Assembly: GCA_043813585.1 (NCBI GenBank)
Contig: JBDRKW010000006.1
Location: forward strand, 149,741-213,740
Origin: Candidatus Kerfeldbacteria bacterium
GTDB lineage: Bacteria > Patescibacteriota > Patescibacteriia > UBA9570 > XYC2-FULL-38-9
DNA length: 64,000 bases
Direction: 5' to 3'
Shown here: positions 28,415-37,472 of the stretch, one piece after another
Numbering within the stretch: position 1 is the stretch's first letter
How the letters are laid out: each line of letters starts with the position of its first letter
Notes under the pieces: generated by a model
Databases searched by the model: none
Told to the model about the DNA's origin: nothing
Seen by the model: the letters and a program-made list of their open reading frames with translations, nothing else
Position numbers and translations under genes: made by a program

Positions 28415-29467
28415 TCAGTCGATGATGACGGGCGGTGTCTCGTCCGGGTCTCCGGTCCAGCGCTGCAGGTCTTCGTCAGAGAACGACGGCGCGCGTGCCG
28501 TCAAAAACCGCCAGCCGGAATCCCATGTGGTGGCTGCCCTGCCGACCGTAAGCATGCGCTTCTTCCCGTCCTGGGTAAGGTTCACTGCGTGCCTCCGGTT
28601 GCCGCCCAGCTTGGCGAAGATCGTGATCGGCCGGTCATGCGTCAGGTCATGGAGCGACAGGCCAAACGAGATCAGCTCTTCCAGGTCGGCCATGCGGAGC
28701 TTCCGGTCGGAAATCTCCGCCTGGATCTCGCCCGAGGTCGCAGGCCGGTCCAGCTGAACAATTACGAGCTCGCGCACGACGCGGCCATCGCCGTCGCCGT
28801 GGGACTCCAGGCGGCTCGTGTTGAGTTTGGGATCGACATAGACGAACTGCCCGCGTGCAATCAGCTCTCTGGGCGTCAGGTTGTAGTTGACAACCAGCGT
28901 GTAGTCATCATCATCCCAGGTCTCCTGGCTGTCCGTGTCGCGCTCCGTGAGCACGATCTCCGGCTGCGAAGGCGCGATGACTACATCATGGCGCACACGC
29001 TTCTTCGGGCGCCACCGCGGAACCTCTGGCGGCACGTCCGGTCCTGCCTCCACCTTCTGATCGAGCGACACCTCCATCTCCGTCTCGTGGAGTTGCCACT
29101 TATCGCGGTTGCGGATGATCATGCGTGCAAGCTTGCGCATGAGCCGCTCGTTATGGACAAACGCGAAATAATCCTCGTCTGTCCCGCCCACTCGGGCGAA
29201 CTCGTCCACGAACGCGTACCCCGCGCCGATAAACTCCTTCACGTGCAGCCCGACGGCCAAAGCGCCGCGGTTGAAGAAGGGGTCCGTGATCCGGCGATGG
29301 GACAGGATGACCTGGTTGATCACCAGGCCGAGCGCCTCGCTGCCGGTCCCGAGAATGCTCCGATGCAGTACCCGCACCGAGTGGCCGAGCTTCGCGTCGT
29401 CGATCTTCTCGATCGCGCGCAACACCTCTGTTGCGATGTAAAGGAACTCTTTCGGGTTGGATGACAC
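28415..29467 (-). CDS. Hypothetical protein (350 aa), paralogue A of a GC-rich two-gene module
   Basis: GTG start preceded by GGAGG. About 62% GC. Its N-terminal roughly 120 aa are paralogous to the upstream gene (GGTDEDYFAFVHNERLMRKLA vs GGTEEDILRMFFDYRLIERIA). Basic linker RWRPKKRVRHD. Confidence 0.5.
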   Translation of the reverse strand: MSSNPKEFLYIATEVLRAIEKIDDAKLGHSVRVLHRSILGTGSEALGLVINQVILSHRRITDPFFNRGALAVGLHVKEFIGAGYAFVDEFARVGGTDEDYFAFVHNERLMRKLARMIIRNRDKWQLHETEMEVSLDQKVEAGPDVPPEVPRWRPKKRVRHDVVIAPSQPEIVLTERDTDSQETWDDDDYTLVVNYNLTPRELIARGQFVYVDPKLNTSRLESHGDGDGRVVRELVIVQLDRPATSGEIQAEISDRKLRMADLEELISFGLSLHDLTHDRPITIFAKLGGNRRHAVNLTQDGKKRMLTVGRAATTWDSGWRFLTARAPSFSDEDLQRWTGDPDETPPVIID

Positions 29468-29501
29468 AACTCACCTCCGCTCATCATCCCGAGTTTCACC
29501 T

Positions 29502-29530
29502 ATCATATCGTCATCCGGAGGCAGGGTCAA
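29502..29530 (-). promoter_or_regulatory. Sigma70-like promoter (TTGACC-17-TATGAT) for paralogue A
   Basis: On the minus strand, TTGACC corresponds to plus 29525-29530 and TATGAT to plus 29502-29507. Confidence 0.4.
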
Positions 29531-29571
29531 CGTAAAAAAATCCGGCGAACGCAGCGATGCTGTGTTGCCGG

Positions 29572-30528
29572 TCAATTCACATCCTCTGCGCACTCCGCCG
29601 GAGAGCGCGCCAGAACCTGCACGCCGTTCTCGATCTCACGGGCGATGTTCCAGTACTTGATGGTCCACTCGCGCCCGTCGTCATCCGGAACGAAGAACGG
29701 CACGTACGCGTCGCCGTGCGACCCTTCCCACCGCTCGCAGGGAACCAGCACCTCGCCGGTTGCGTGCGTGCGGTAGCGCCGCATGAAGAACAACGCGTCT
29801 CCCAGCGTCGGACGCGCAAGCCCCTGACGCCGCAGGGCGGCGAGCATCGCCTCGAAGTTCAGGCTGCGGTCGAACTCCACCAGCGCCATCTGGTACGGCG
29901 CATCACCGCGGCAGGTGTTGCCGACGTTCAGCGGGAACTGCTGCTCCGACACCATGGAGCCGGGTTCCATCCGCACGCCCGCCTCGTGCAGCGCGGCAGC
30001 GAACGTCTTCTGCTCCGAAGGCCGGAACAGGTCCGGAAACACGGTGGAACGCAACCGCGTGGCCGGAGCAAGCACCTTCAGCCGCGGCTTGCGGGGCCTG
30101 GACTTCTGCCTGCCGCATGCTCCGCCTTCGGCAAACGGACTTTGCGGCCCGGCATTACCGTGCTCCATCTCGTCGGCGAAGTTCACCACCGTGGTGGCGA
30201 TCCGCTCGATCAGCCGGTAGTCGAAGAACATGCGCAGAATGTCTTCCTCCGTGCCGCCGGCAGAACGAATCTCACTCAGCAGCACTTTGGACGCCGTCAT
30301 CATGGTACGGACGGCGAAACCAATCTCGGCATCGCTCATCCTGTCCAATGTTCTGAACAGATCCCCGTACATCGCATACCGGCGCGGCCGTACGACCGAC
30401 ATCATCATCTTCTCCGCGATCAGCGCCCTAATGGCTACCCCGATGTCCTCGTCCCTGAAGGACTTGAACTGGTCGATCACGGAGCTCAACAGCGAAAGAA
30501 TCCCGCGATACACTGCAGTCATGTTCAA
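29572..30528 (-). CDS. Hypothetical protein (318 aa), paralogue B of a GC-rich two-gene module
   Basis: SD GGGAGGA 7 nt upstream of the ATG. About 62% GC. It shares the N-terminal domain and a basic linker (RQKSRPRKPRLK) with paralogue A. Confidence 0.5.
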   Translation of the reverse strand: MNMTAVYRGILSLLSSVIDQFKSFRDEDIGVAIRALIAEKMMMSVVRPRRYAMYGDLFRTLDRMSDAEIGFAVRTMMTASKVLLSEIRSAGGTEEDILRMFFDYRLIERIATTVVNFADEMEHGNAGPQSPFAEGGACGRQKSRPRKPRLKVLAPATRLRSTVFPDLFRPSEQKTFAAALHEAGVRMEPGSMVSEQQFPLNVGNTCRGDAPYQMALVEFDRSLNFEAMLAALRRQGLARPTLGDALFFMRRYRTHATGEVLVPCERWEGSHGDAYVPFFVPDDDGREWTIKYWNIAREIENGVQVLARSPAECAEDVN

Positions 30529-30635
30529 ATCCTCCCGGAATTCGAGTTTTCAAGTGCGCATACCATAATAAAACAACGGCCTCCTGTCAACGCTGCATGT
30601 TCGATTTTGCCTGCGGCTATGGTACACTTCAAAAC

Positions 30636-31424
30636 ATGAACAAGGAGCTTCAAACCGCCATGAAGGCTGCTGATGCAGCGTCGCGCATCGCGTTGAAGTA
30701 TTGGCGCAAAAAGAACCATGTACGCACGAAAACCAACTGGCGCGATCCGGTCACGATCGCTGATGTAAAAGCGGATAGAGCAATTCGCAAAATGATCAAG
30801 AACAAATTCCCTGACCACGGCATCGTTTCAGAAGAGCTGGATGATGTAGAAGCAACAAAACAATCAGAATACGTATGGGTCATTGACCCCATTGATGGCA
30901 CGATGAATTACGCCATGGGCCTGCCGACCTTCAGCATTGCAATTGGCTTGTTGAAGAACAGCAAGCCCGTACTCGGTGTGATCGACCACCCTGCGCTTAG
31001 CGAACGCTACTGGGCAGAAGCAGGAAATAATACGCTGATGAAACGCGGCAATAAAAAACCGGTTCGCTGCACTGTTTCAAAAACAACATCACTGAAAGAA
31101 AGCAAATTCTCGTTCGGCTTCAGCTACACTGATGCCTCCCGCAAACGCTTCCTTAAATCATTTCCAGGCCTTGTAATGAAGACCGCAGCCTCGCGTATCC
31201 ACTACTGCGCCGCCTACGACTGCACAAATGTCGCCCGCGGCGGGCTCGACTTCTACATCAGCATCAACCTGCAACTCTGGGACTTTGTTGCTGCCTGGCC
31301 GATCGTCGAAGGATCCGGCGGTGAAATCGTAAACCTCGAAGGTAAACCGATTACCATCGAAGACCGCAGCATTGTCGCGACAAATAAAAAAGTCACACAC
31401 TCCGTCTTGAAAATGCTGAAGTAA
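30636..31424 (+). CDS. Inositol monophosphatase family protein (SuhB/IMPase-like)
   Basis: WVIDPIDGTMNY and GLPTFSIAIGL motifs. Confidence 0.8.
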   Translation: MNKELQTAMKAADAASRIALKYWRKKNHVRTKTNWRDPVTIADVKADRAIRKMIKNKFPDHGIVSEELDDVEATKQSEYVWVIDPIDGTMNYAMGLPTFSIAIGLLKNSKPVLGVIDHPALSERYWAEAGNNTLMKRGNKKPVRCTVSKTTSLKESKFSFGFSYTDASRKRFLKSFPGLVMKTAASRIHYCAAYDCTNVARGGLDFYISINLQLWDFVAAWPIVEGSGGEIVNLEGKPITIEDRSIVATNKKVTHSVLKMLK

Positions 31425-31504
31425 CGGCGGCATACGAAAAAGATGACAGCCGGCTTGCATTCTGGTACCCTAAATCAGGATAATTTATTCAAATTCCATT
31501 TCAT

Positions 31505-33055
31505 ATGACCGTAAAACGACCGCTGGTATTAGCCATTCTCGACGGCTGGGGCATTGGGGAGGATGACGCGCACAACGCCATCTATCTTGCTGACACTCCG
31601 AATATCGACAAACTGCTTGCAACCTACCCCAACGGGCCGATCGGCGCTGCCGGAGAACACGTAGGGCTGGAGCCGGGCCACCAGGGTTCAAGCGAAATGG
31701 GCCACCTGATTATCGGGGCCGGACGCAATGTCGTTCTGCCGCAGATGCAGGTGCAGCAGGCGCTTGATACGGGGTCAATTTTCAAAAATGAAGCCTACCT
31801 TAAGGCGATTCGTCACGCGAAAGAAAGAGGTTCGCGGCTGCATCTGTTTGGTTTGTTATCCAACGCGGGCGTGCATTCGTACGATACGCTCTGCCATGCG
31901 CTTCTTGAAATGGCCGCCAAAGAAGGGCTCACCAAAGAACAGGTCTATATCCATATTTTTTCCGACGGACGGGATTCTTCGCCCACTTCCCTGCCCACAT
32001 ACGTAAACCGGCTCGAAGAAAAAATGAAAGAAACCGGCGTAGGCATTATCGCCTCCGTGCAGGGCCGCTGGTGGGTGATGGACCGCGATCACAACTGGGA
32101 CCGGATCAATGTCGCATACGACCTGCTCACCCAGGGAAAGGCAAAGCGCGAAGCCAAAAACATCTACGCCGCCATCGAACTGGCGCGGCGCGAAAACGAA
32201 ACCGACGAACAGTTAAAGCCGACAATCATCGACAAAAACGGCATATTCAAAGACAACGATGCGGTGATCAACTTCAACTACCGCGTTGACCGCGAAATCG
32301 AAATCACGCAGGCGCTGGTGGAGCCGGACTTTGATGAATTCCACCGCGAAGTCCACCCGGGCATCTTCTACATTGCCACCATGCCCTACTACGACGGCAT
32401 GCCGAGCCTGACCGCGTTCGATCGCGAAGAGCTAAAAATGCGGAATATCCTCGGCGAGGTGCTGGCGCGCGAAGGCCTCATGCAGTACCGCGTAACCGAA
32501 ACGGAAAAATGGGCCTACCTCACGAAAATCTTCAACGCCATGCAGGAAGGCCCGTTTGAAGGCGAAGAACGCCACCTGATCCCTTCCGACAAGGTCAACA
32601 CCTTTGATGAAAAACCGGAGATGCAGGCCGTGCCTATTGCGGAGAACATTGTAGTGCAGCTGCAGGAGAAAAAATACGACGTTATCTTCACGAATATCTG
32701 CAACGCGGACATGGTCGGCCATACAGGCAACCAGGAAGCCGCCATTCGCGCCTGCCAGGCCATTGACCGCGCCATCGGGCTCATCCGAGAGGAGTTAAAA
32801 AAACAAAACGGCATCCTGCTCATCACCGCCGACCACGGCGACGCGGAAGTCATGTGGGATCCGGAACACGACATGCCGCATACCCAGCATACGGACAGCT
32901 TCGTGCCGTTCATCTATATTGATGACGAGAATAAAAACGTGCGCATCCGCGAAACCGGCGCTCTCAAGGACATTGCGCCGACCATTCTGGACCTGCTTAA
33001 CATAGATATCCCCGGCGAGATGGAAGGCAAATCATTACTCGTACCGAAAAAATAG
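31505..33055 (+). CDS. gpmI: 2,3-bisphosphoglycerate-independent phosphoglycerate mutase
   Basis: Full-length iPGM (LAILDGWG, phosphoserine region, metal-binding C-terminal ADHGD/HT motifs). Confidence 0.9.
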   Translation: MTVKRPLVLAILDGWGIGEDDAHNAIYLADTPNIDKLLATYPNGPIGAAGEHVGLEPGHQGSSEMGHLIIGAGRNVVLPQMQVQQALDTGSIFKNEAYLKAIRHAKERGSRLHLFGLLSNAGVHSYDTLCHALLEMAAKEGLTKEQVYIHIFSDGRDSSPTSLPTYVNRLEEKMKETGVGIIASVQGRWWVMDRDHNWDRINVAYDLLTQGKAKREAKNIYAAIELARRENETDEQLKPTIIDKNGIFKDNDAVINFNYRVDREIEITQALVEPDFDEFHREVHPGIFYIATMPYYDGMPSLTAFDREELKMRNILGEVLAREGLMQYRVTETEKWAYLTKIFNAMQEGPFEGEERHLIPSDKVNTFDEKPEMQAVPIAENIVVQLQEKKYDVIFTNICNADMVGHTGNQEAAIRACQAIDRAIGLIREELKKQNGILLITADHGDAEVMWDPEHDMPHTQHTDSFVPFIYIDDENKNVRIRETGALKDIAPTILDLLNIDIPGEMEGKSLLVPKK

Positions 33056-33062
33056 CCGAGCC

Positions 33063-33722
33063 ATGAACACTAAGGCAGTCATCTTCGACCTCGACGGCGT
33101 CGTCATCCACTCGGAACAGATCTGGTACGATGCGATGATCGAATTTTACCGGGAACACGGGAAGGAATATTCTTCAGGCATCCGCGAAATGCTCATGGGA
33201 ACGAGCCAGCAGTTTTCCGGCCAGTTCATCAAGGACGACCTCGGCCTTGGCAGCGATTGGCCGCCCGAAAAAGTGATCACCACCATCATCGACCGCGTGA
33301 AAGTCGGGTACCAGAACAACCTGCGGCTGGTGGACGGCTATATGGATCTGATGAAGCAGATTATGGAAACCGATGTACGGCGCGGGCTGGCGTCCGGCGC
33401 CCGTCCCGACCTGATAGAACACGCAATCACGGAATTCAAGCTGTACGACCATTTTGAATCCACCATGTCCGGCGACATGGTGAAACATCCAAAACCGGCA
33501 CCGGATGTCTATTTGGAAGTGGCCAAGCGTTTAAATGTTGAACCGGAGCGGTGCGTCGGCATCGAGGACTCGCCCAAAGGCGTGCAGTCGGTGAAAGCTG
33601 CCGGCATGCGCTGCGTGGCCATTCCGGATAAATTCCTGAAAGACCATGACGCATTTGCGGGCGCAGACGTGATACGCGAAGACCTCACCCTGGTGACCCT
33701 TCACGATTTAGGCATACAATAA
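33063..33722 (+). CDS. HAD-superfamily hydrolase (β-phosphoglucomutase-like subfamily IA)
   Basis: Motif I FDLDGVV and motif IV GIEDSPKGVQS. Its stop overlaps the next gene's start (TAATG). Confidence 0.75.
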   Translation: MNTKAVIFDLDGVVIHSEQIWYDAMIEFYREHGKEYSSGIREMLMGTSQQFSGQFIKDDLGLGSDWPPEKVITTIIDRVKVGYQNNLRLVDGYMDLMKQIMETDVRRGLASGARPDLIEHAITEFKLYDHFESTMSGDMVKHPKPAPDVYLEVAKRLNVEPERCVGIEDSPKGVQSVKAAGMRCVAIPDKFLKDHDAFAGADVIREDLTLVTLHDLGIQ

Positions 33723-35071
33723 TGACAATACGCAGCGAACAACCATTTATCTTCAAAGAGTATAACTTCGACCACGGCACGAATACGGCCACGTTTACCT
33801 ATTCATACGGCAACGAACTGACGTTCACAGAAACTCTGGAGTTCCCTGCCGAAACGGTCGCACTGGATAATAACCCCGAGGTGTTCAAACGGCTGCTGTT
33901 CTGCCTCCACCTGATCCTCGGCATCAGCTACTGGAAAGCGTACTGCCCGAAAAAGATCGAAGTGGAATCCGGCATGCTTACGCGCGAACAGGCCGATTTC
34001 TGGAATACCGTGTACACCAAAGGCCTGGGCGAATTTTTCTACAAGAACGAAATCGATTTCCGCGGCCTGGTACAGTTTCCAGCGACCGCAACCGTGGCGC
34101 TGGATCCGCATGCGGCCAGCGTCGATGACACGTCCCTGGTTCCGCTCGGCGGCGGAAAAGACTCGCTGCTCACCATCACGCTGCTGAAGCAACTGGAAAA
34201 GCCGTTTTCCACTTTTGCCCTGGGCAGCCATGAAATCATTGAACAGCAGGCCGAACGCATCGGTGAAGAGCATTTCATCGTCAAACGCACAATTGACCCG
34301 AAACTGCTTGCGCTGAATAAGCAAGACGCCTACAACGGCCACGTGCCAGTATCCGCCATCTACGCGTTTACCGCACTGGCAACGGCAGCGCTCACCGGAA
34401 ACCGGTATGTCATCGTTTCCAACGAACACAGTTCGAACGAAGGCAACGTGCAGTACCTCGGCGAAACCATCAACCACCAGTGGAGCAAAAGCTACGAGTT
34501 CGAACAGCTGCTGCGCGGGTATGTGACAACGTACATCACGCCGGACATTGAATACTTCAGCCTACTGCGGCCGCTCCATGAAATACAGATCGCGAAACTG
34601 TTCAGTGAATACGCGGCAGAATGGCTCCCCCGCTTTACCAGCTGCAACAGGAATTTCCGGCTGGAAGAGCGCGCCGAGTCGCTCTGGTGCTGCCAATGCC
34701 CCAAGTGCGCGTTCGTGTTCCTGATGCTCGCGCCGTTCATGCCCAAGCAGGACCTGATCAAAGCGTTCGGCAACAACCCGCTGGATGACGAATCGCTCAT
34801 CCCGGTCTACGAAGAGCTGCTGGGCGTTAAAGACCACAAGCCATTTGACTGCGTCGGTACGCCTGAAGAGGTCCGTGTGGCGTTCAGCATGCTTGGCGAT
34901 GTCGAGAATTTCGACAATGACGCGGTTATGACGCATGTCCGGACGCTGTCGAGCGTCAGCCTGGATGACGTGGAAGACGTGCGGAAGGCCGTTTTCTCCG
35001 TCTCTGACGAACATGCCCTCCCTGACGAATTCTTAACCACATTCGATGCCATCGAACTATCTCAACAATAA
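33722..35071 (+). CDS. PP-loop (adenine-nucleotide α-hydrolase) ATPase with a CxxC..CxxC element; candidate MurL-type UDP-MurNAc-L-Ala-L-Glu epimerase
   Basis: PP-loop LGGGKDS near residue 140 and a CQCPKCAFVF zinc-ribbon-like motif. It is translationally coupled to, and overlaps, the downstream stand-alone murD. Confidence 0.45.
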   Translation: MTIRSEQPFIFKEYNFDHGTNTATFTYSYGNELTFTETLEFPAETVALDNNPEVFKRLLFCLHLILGISYWKAYCPKKIEVESGMLTREQADFWNTVYTKGLGEFFYKNEIDFRGLVQFPATATVALDPHAASVDDTSLVPLGGGKDSLLTITLLKQLEKPFSTFALGSHEIIEQQAERIGEEHFIVKRTIDPKLLALNKQDAYNGHVPVSAIYAFTALATAALTGNRYVIVSNEHSSNEGNVQYLGETINHQWSKSYEFEQLLRGYVTTYITPDIEYFSLLRPLHEIQIAKLFSEYAAEWLPRFTSCNRNFRLEERAESLWCCQCPKCAFVFLMLAPFMPKQDLIKAFGNNPLDDESLIPVYEELLGVKDHKPFDCVGTPEEVRVAFSMLGDVENFDNDAVMTHVRTLSSVSLDDVEDVRKAVFSVSDEHALPDEFLTTFDAIELSQQ

Positions 35072-36371
35072 AAACATTCTCATCCTTGGGGGGGGCCGCG
35101 AAGGCATTTCTGCCGCGTACTACCTCAACCAGCTCTATCCGTCTGCGACGTTAAGCGTTGCCGACAGGCAAGTGCTGGACATCGCCCTGCCAAACGGCAC
35201 GCAGCCGCTCTACGGCCCGAACTATCCCGCCTCACTCGAGCAGTGGGACCTTGTGATTGTATCACCCGGCATCCCGCCGAATGACCCGCTCCTGGCAACC
35301 GCCCGCGCGGTTACGACCTCCACCAACATTTTCATGGACGACTGCGCCGGCATGGTGATCGGCGTAACCGGCTCCAAAGGCAAAAGCACGACTGCATCGA
35401 TTATCCATAACATCCTCACCACTGCGGGGAAACACGCGTACCTGGTGGGCAATATCGGCTACCCGGCGCTTGCGGAACTGTCGCGACATAATGACAAAGA
35501 AGATATTTTCGTATTTGAAATGTCGAGCTATCAGTTGAGCCGCATCAACAAAGGGCCGGAGATCGCGGTTATCACCAACCTGTTTCCCGAACATCTCGAC
35601 TATCACGGCGACGTGCAGCAGTACTACGCGGACAAAATGAACATCACCATGAAGCAGAAGCCGGAACAGGTGGTAATCGCCAACCAGGCGTACGGCGAAC
35701 TGCTTCAGCGCGTCCAGCAGTCTCAGGCAACCAAGATATTTTACCCGGACATGCAGGGGCCGCACACGCAGGATTCCACCGTCATGCTCGGCAACCTGGA
35801 GCTGGTGCACCGCAGCGAAATCCAGCTAAAGGGAGACCACAACGTGGAAAACATCATGGCCGCCGTGGCCGTCACTTCCTATATGGACATTGCCATGAAT
35901 GCGATCAAGCAGGGCATCGTTACGTTCACTCCACTGCCGCACCGGCTGGCGCTCGTTGGCACCGTCAACGGCGTAACGTTTTATAACGATTCCCTCGCCA
36001 CCACGCCGGAAGCGACCATCGCCGCGATCAACGCATTGGAAAATGTCGGCACAATCATCCTCGGCGGACTTAACCGCGGGTATGATTTTAGTCAGCTGGC
36101 GTTATTAATCACGCAGAAACAGATCCCGAATATCGCCTTTTTCCCGGACTCGGGCGCGCAGATTGAAGAACAGCTGCTCAAACTGAAATACGAACCCAAT
36201 CGGATCCACACGCAGTCCATGAAAGAAGCGGTTGCGTTCGCGTTCAAGAATTCACCGAAAGGATCGATCTGCCTGCTCTCCTGCGCCAGCCCCAGCTACT
36301 CCGTGTTCCGCAACTACGAAGACCGCGGCAACCAGTTTGAACAGGCGGTTATCGAACTGCAGACACAATAG
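35046..36371 (+). CDS. murD: UDP-N-acetylmuramoyl-L-alanine--glutamate ligase (MurD family; possibly an L-Glu-specific MurD2)
   Basis: N-terminal Rossmann domain ILILGGGREG and P-loop GVTGSKGKSTTAS (Mur ligase middle domain), with a Mur ligase C-terminal domain. Confidence 0.8.
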   Translation: MPSNYLNNKNILILGGGREGISAAYYLNQLYPSATLSVADRQVLDIALPNGTQPLYGPNYPASLEQWDLVIVSPGIPPNDPLLATARAVTTSTNIFMDDCAGMVIGVTGSKGKSTTASIIHNILTTAGKHAYLVGNIGYPALAELSRHNDKEDIFVFEMSSYQLSRINKGPEIAVITNLFPEHLDYHGDVQQYYADKMNITMKQKPEQVVIANQAYGELLQRVQQSQATKIFYPDMQGPHTQDSTVMLGNLELVHRSEIQLKGDHNVENIMAAVAVTSYMDIAMNAIKQGIVTFTPLPHRLALVGTVNGVTFYNDSLATTPEATIAAINALENVGTIILGGLNRGYDFSQLALLITQKQIPNIAFFPDSGAQIEEQLLKLKYEPNRIHTQSMKEAVAFAFKNSPKGSICLLSCASPSYSVFRNYEDRGNQFEQAVIELQTQ

Positions 36372-36416
36372 TCTTTCCGGAATAAAAAAATCGGCTCGAA
36401 GACGACTTTTTTTTAT

Positions 36417-37409
36417 TCAGTATCCTAGGCCGATAGTGTCGTACACGTCGGCTAATGTTTGTGATGCCACTTCCTGCGCGCGCTCGCGGCCGTCATCCAA
36501 GATGCGCTCCAATTCGCCCTCGTCCTTGAGCAACGAATTCACTTCCTGCTGCAGCGGTTCGAGCCACGCGATCACCGCGTCCGCCATGCCGGCCTTGAAA
36601 TCCGCATAACCCTTGCCGTTGTATTCCTTTTCCAGGCCAGCAACCGATGTTCCGGTGACAGCGCTGTAAATGGTGAGCAAATTCGTCAGCGCCGGCTTGT
36701 TCTTGCCCGCCTTTACCTCGCTACCCGTGTCCGTGACCGCCTTCATGATCTTCTTGCGAACGACATCCATGTCGTCAAACAATGAAATATAATTATTAGC
36801 GCTCGCCGCGCTCTTCGACATCTTGTTTGCCGGATCATCCAGCCCCATGATGCGCGCACCCGCTTTCGGCATAAACGGCTCCGGCACGGTAAACACCTCG
36901 CGATCATAATGGTTGTTGAACCGCTCGGCAATATTGCGCGTCAACTCCACGTGCTGTTTCTGGTCCTCACCCACCGGCACGGCATCTGCCTTGTACAACA
37001 GGATGTCCGCCGCCATCAGCACCGGGTAGGTATACAGCCCGACGCCGACGCCTTCCTTTTTCTGCTTGCCGACCTTGTCCTTAAACTGCGTCATGCGTTC
37101 CAGTTCGCCCATCTGCGTAAAGGTGGAAAGCACCCATGCCAGCTCCGCATGCGCCGGCACGGTTGACTGCACAAAAATGGCCGACTGCTTCGGATCAACG
37201 CCGCACGCCAGGTAGACGGCCGCAGTCTTTCGGATATTCGCGCGCAGCTCTTCCGGGTCCTGCCGCGCTGTAATCGCGTGCAGGTCCACGATGCAGAAGT
37301 AGCTATCATACTTTTTTTGCATCTCCACCCACTGGCGGATTGCCCCCAGGTAATTTCCTATGTGGAGTTCGCCCGAAGGCTGAATCCCCGATAAAATGCG
37401 CTGTTTCAT
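36417..37409 (-). CDS. trpS: Tryptophan--tRNA ligase
   Basis: HIGN (HIGH) and KMSKS motifs. TACAAT lies 6 nt upstream of the ATG, consistent with a leaderless mRNA. Confidence 0.9.
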   Translation of the reverse strand: MKQRILSGIQPSGELHIGNYLGAIRQWVEMQKKYDSYFCIVDLHAITARQDPEELRANIRKTAAVYLACGVDPKQSAIFVQSTVPAHAELAWVLSTFTQMGELERMTQFKDKVGKQKKEGVGVGLYTYPVLMAADILLYKADAVPVGEDQKQHVELTRNIAERFNNHYDREVFTVPEPFMPKAGARIMGLDDPANKMSKSAASANNYISLFDDMDVVRKKIMKAVTDTGSEVKAGKNKPALTNLLTIYSAVTGTSVAGLEKEYNGKGYADFKAGMADAVIAWLEPLQQEVNSLLKDEGELERILDDGRERAQEVASQTLADVYDTIGLGY

Positions 37410-37472
37410 TGCCCGATTGTACCATAAATCAAAAAGAGCCGCCACACGGACGGCTCTTCAGTAAATCTGGAA

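Noticed and set aside
36372-36416. Terminator between murD and trpS
   Set aside because: There are A- and T-runs but no convincing GC-rich stem (aaaaaaatcggctcgaagacgactttttttt), so I left it unannotated.
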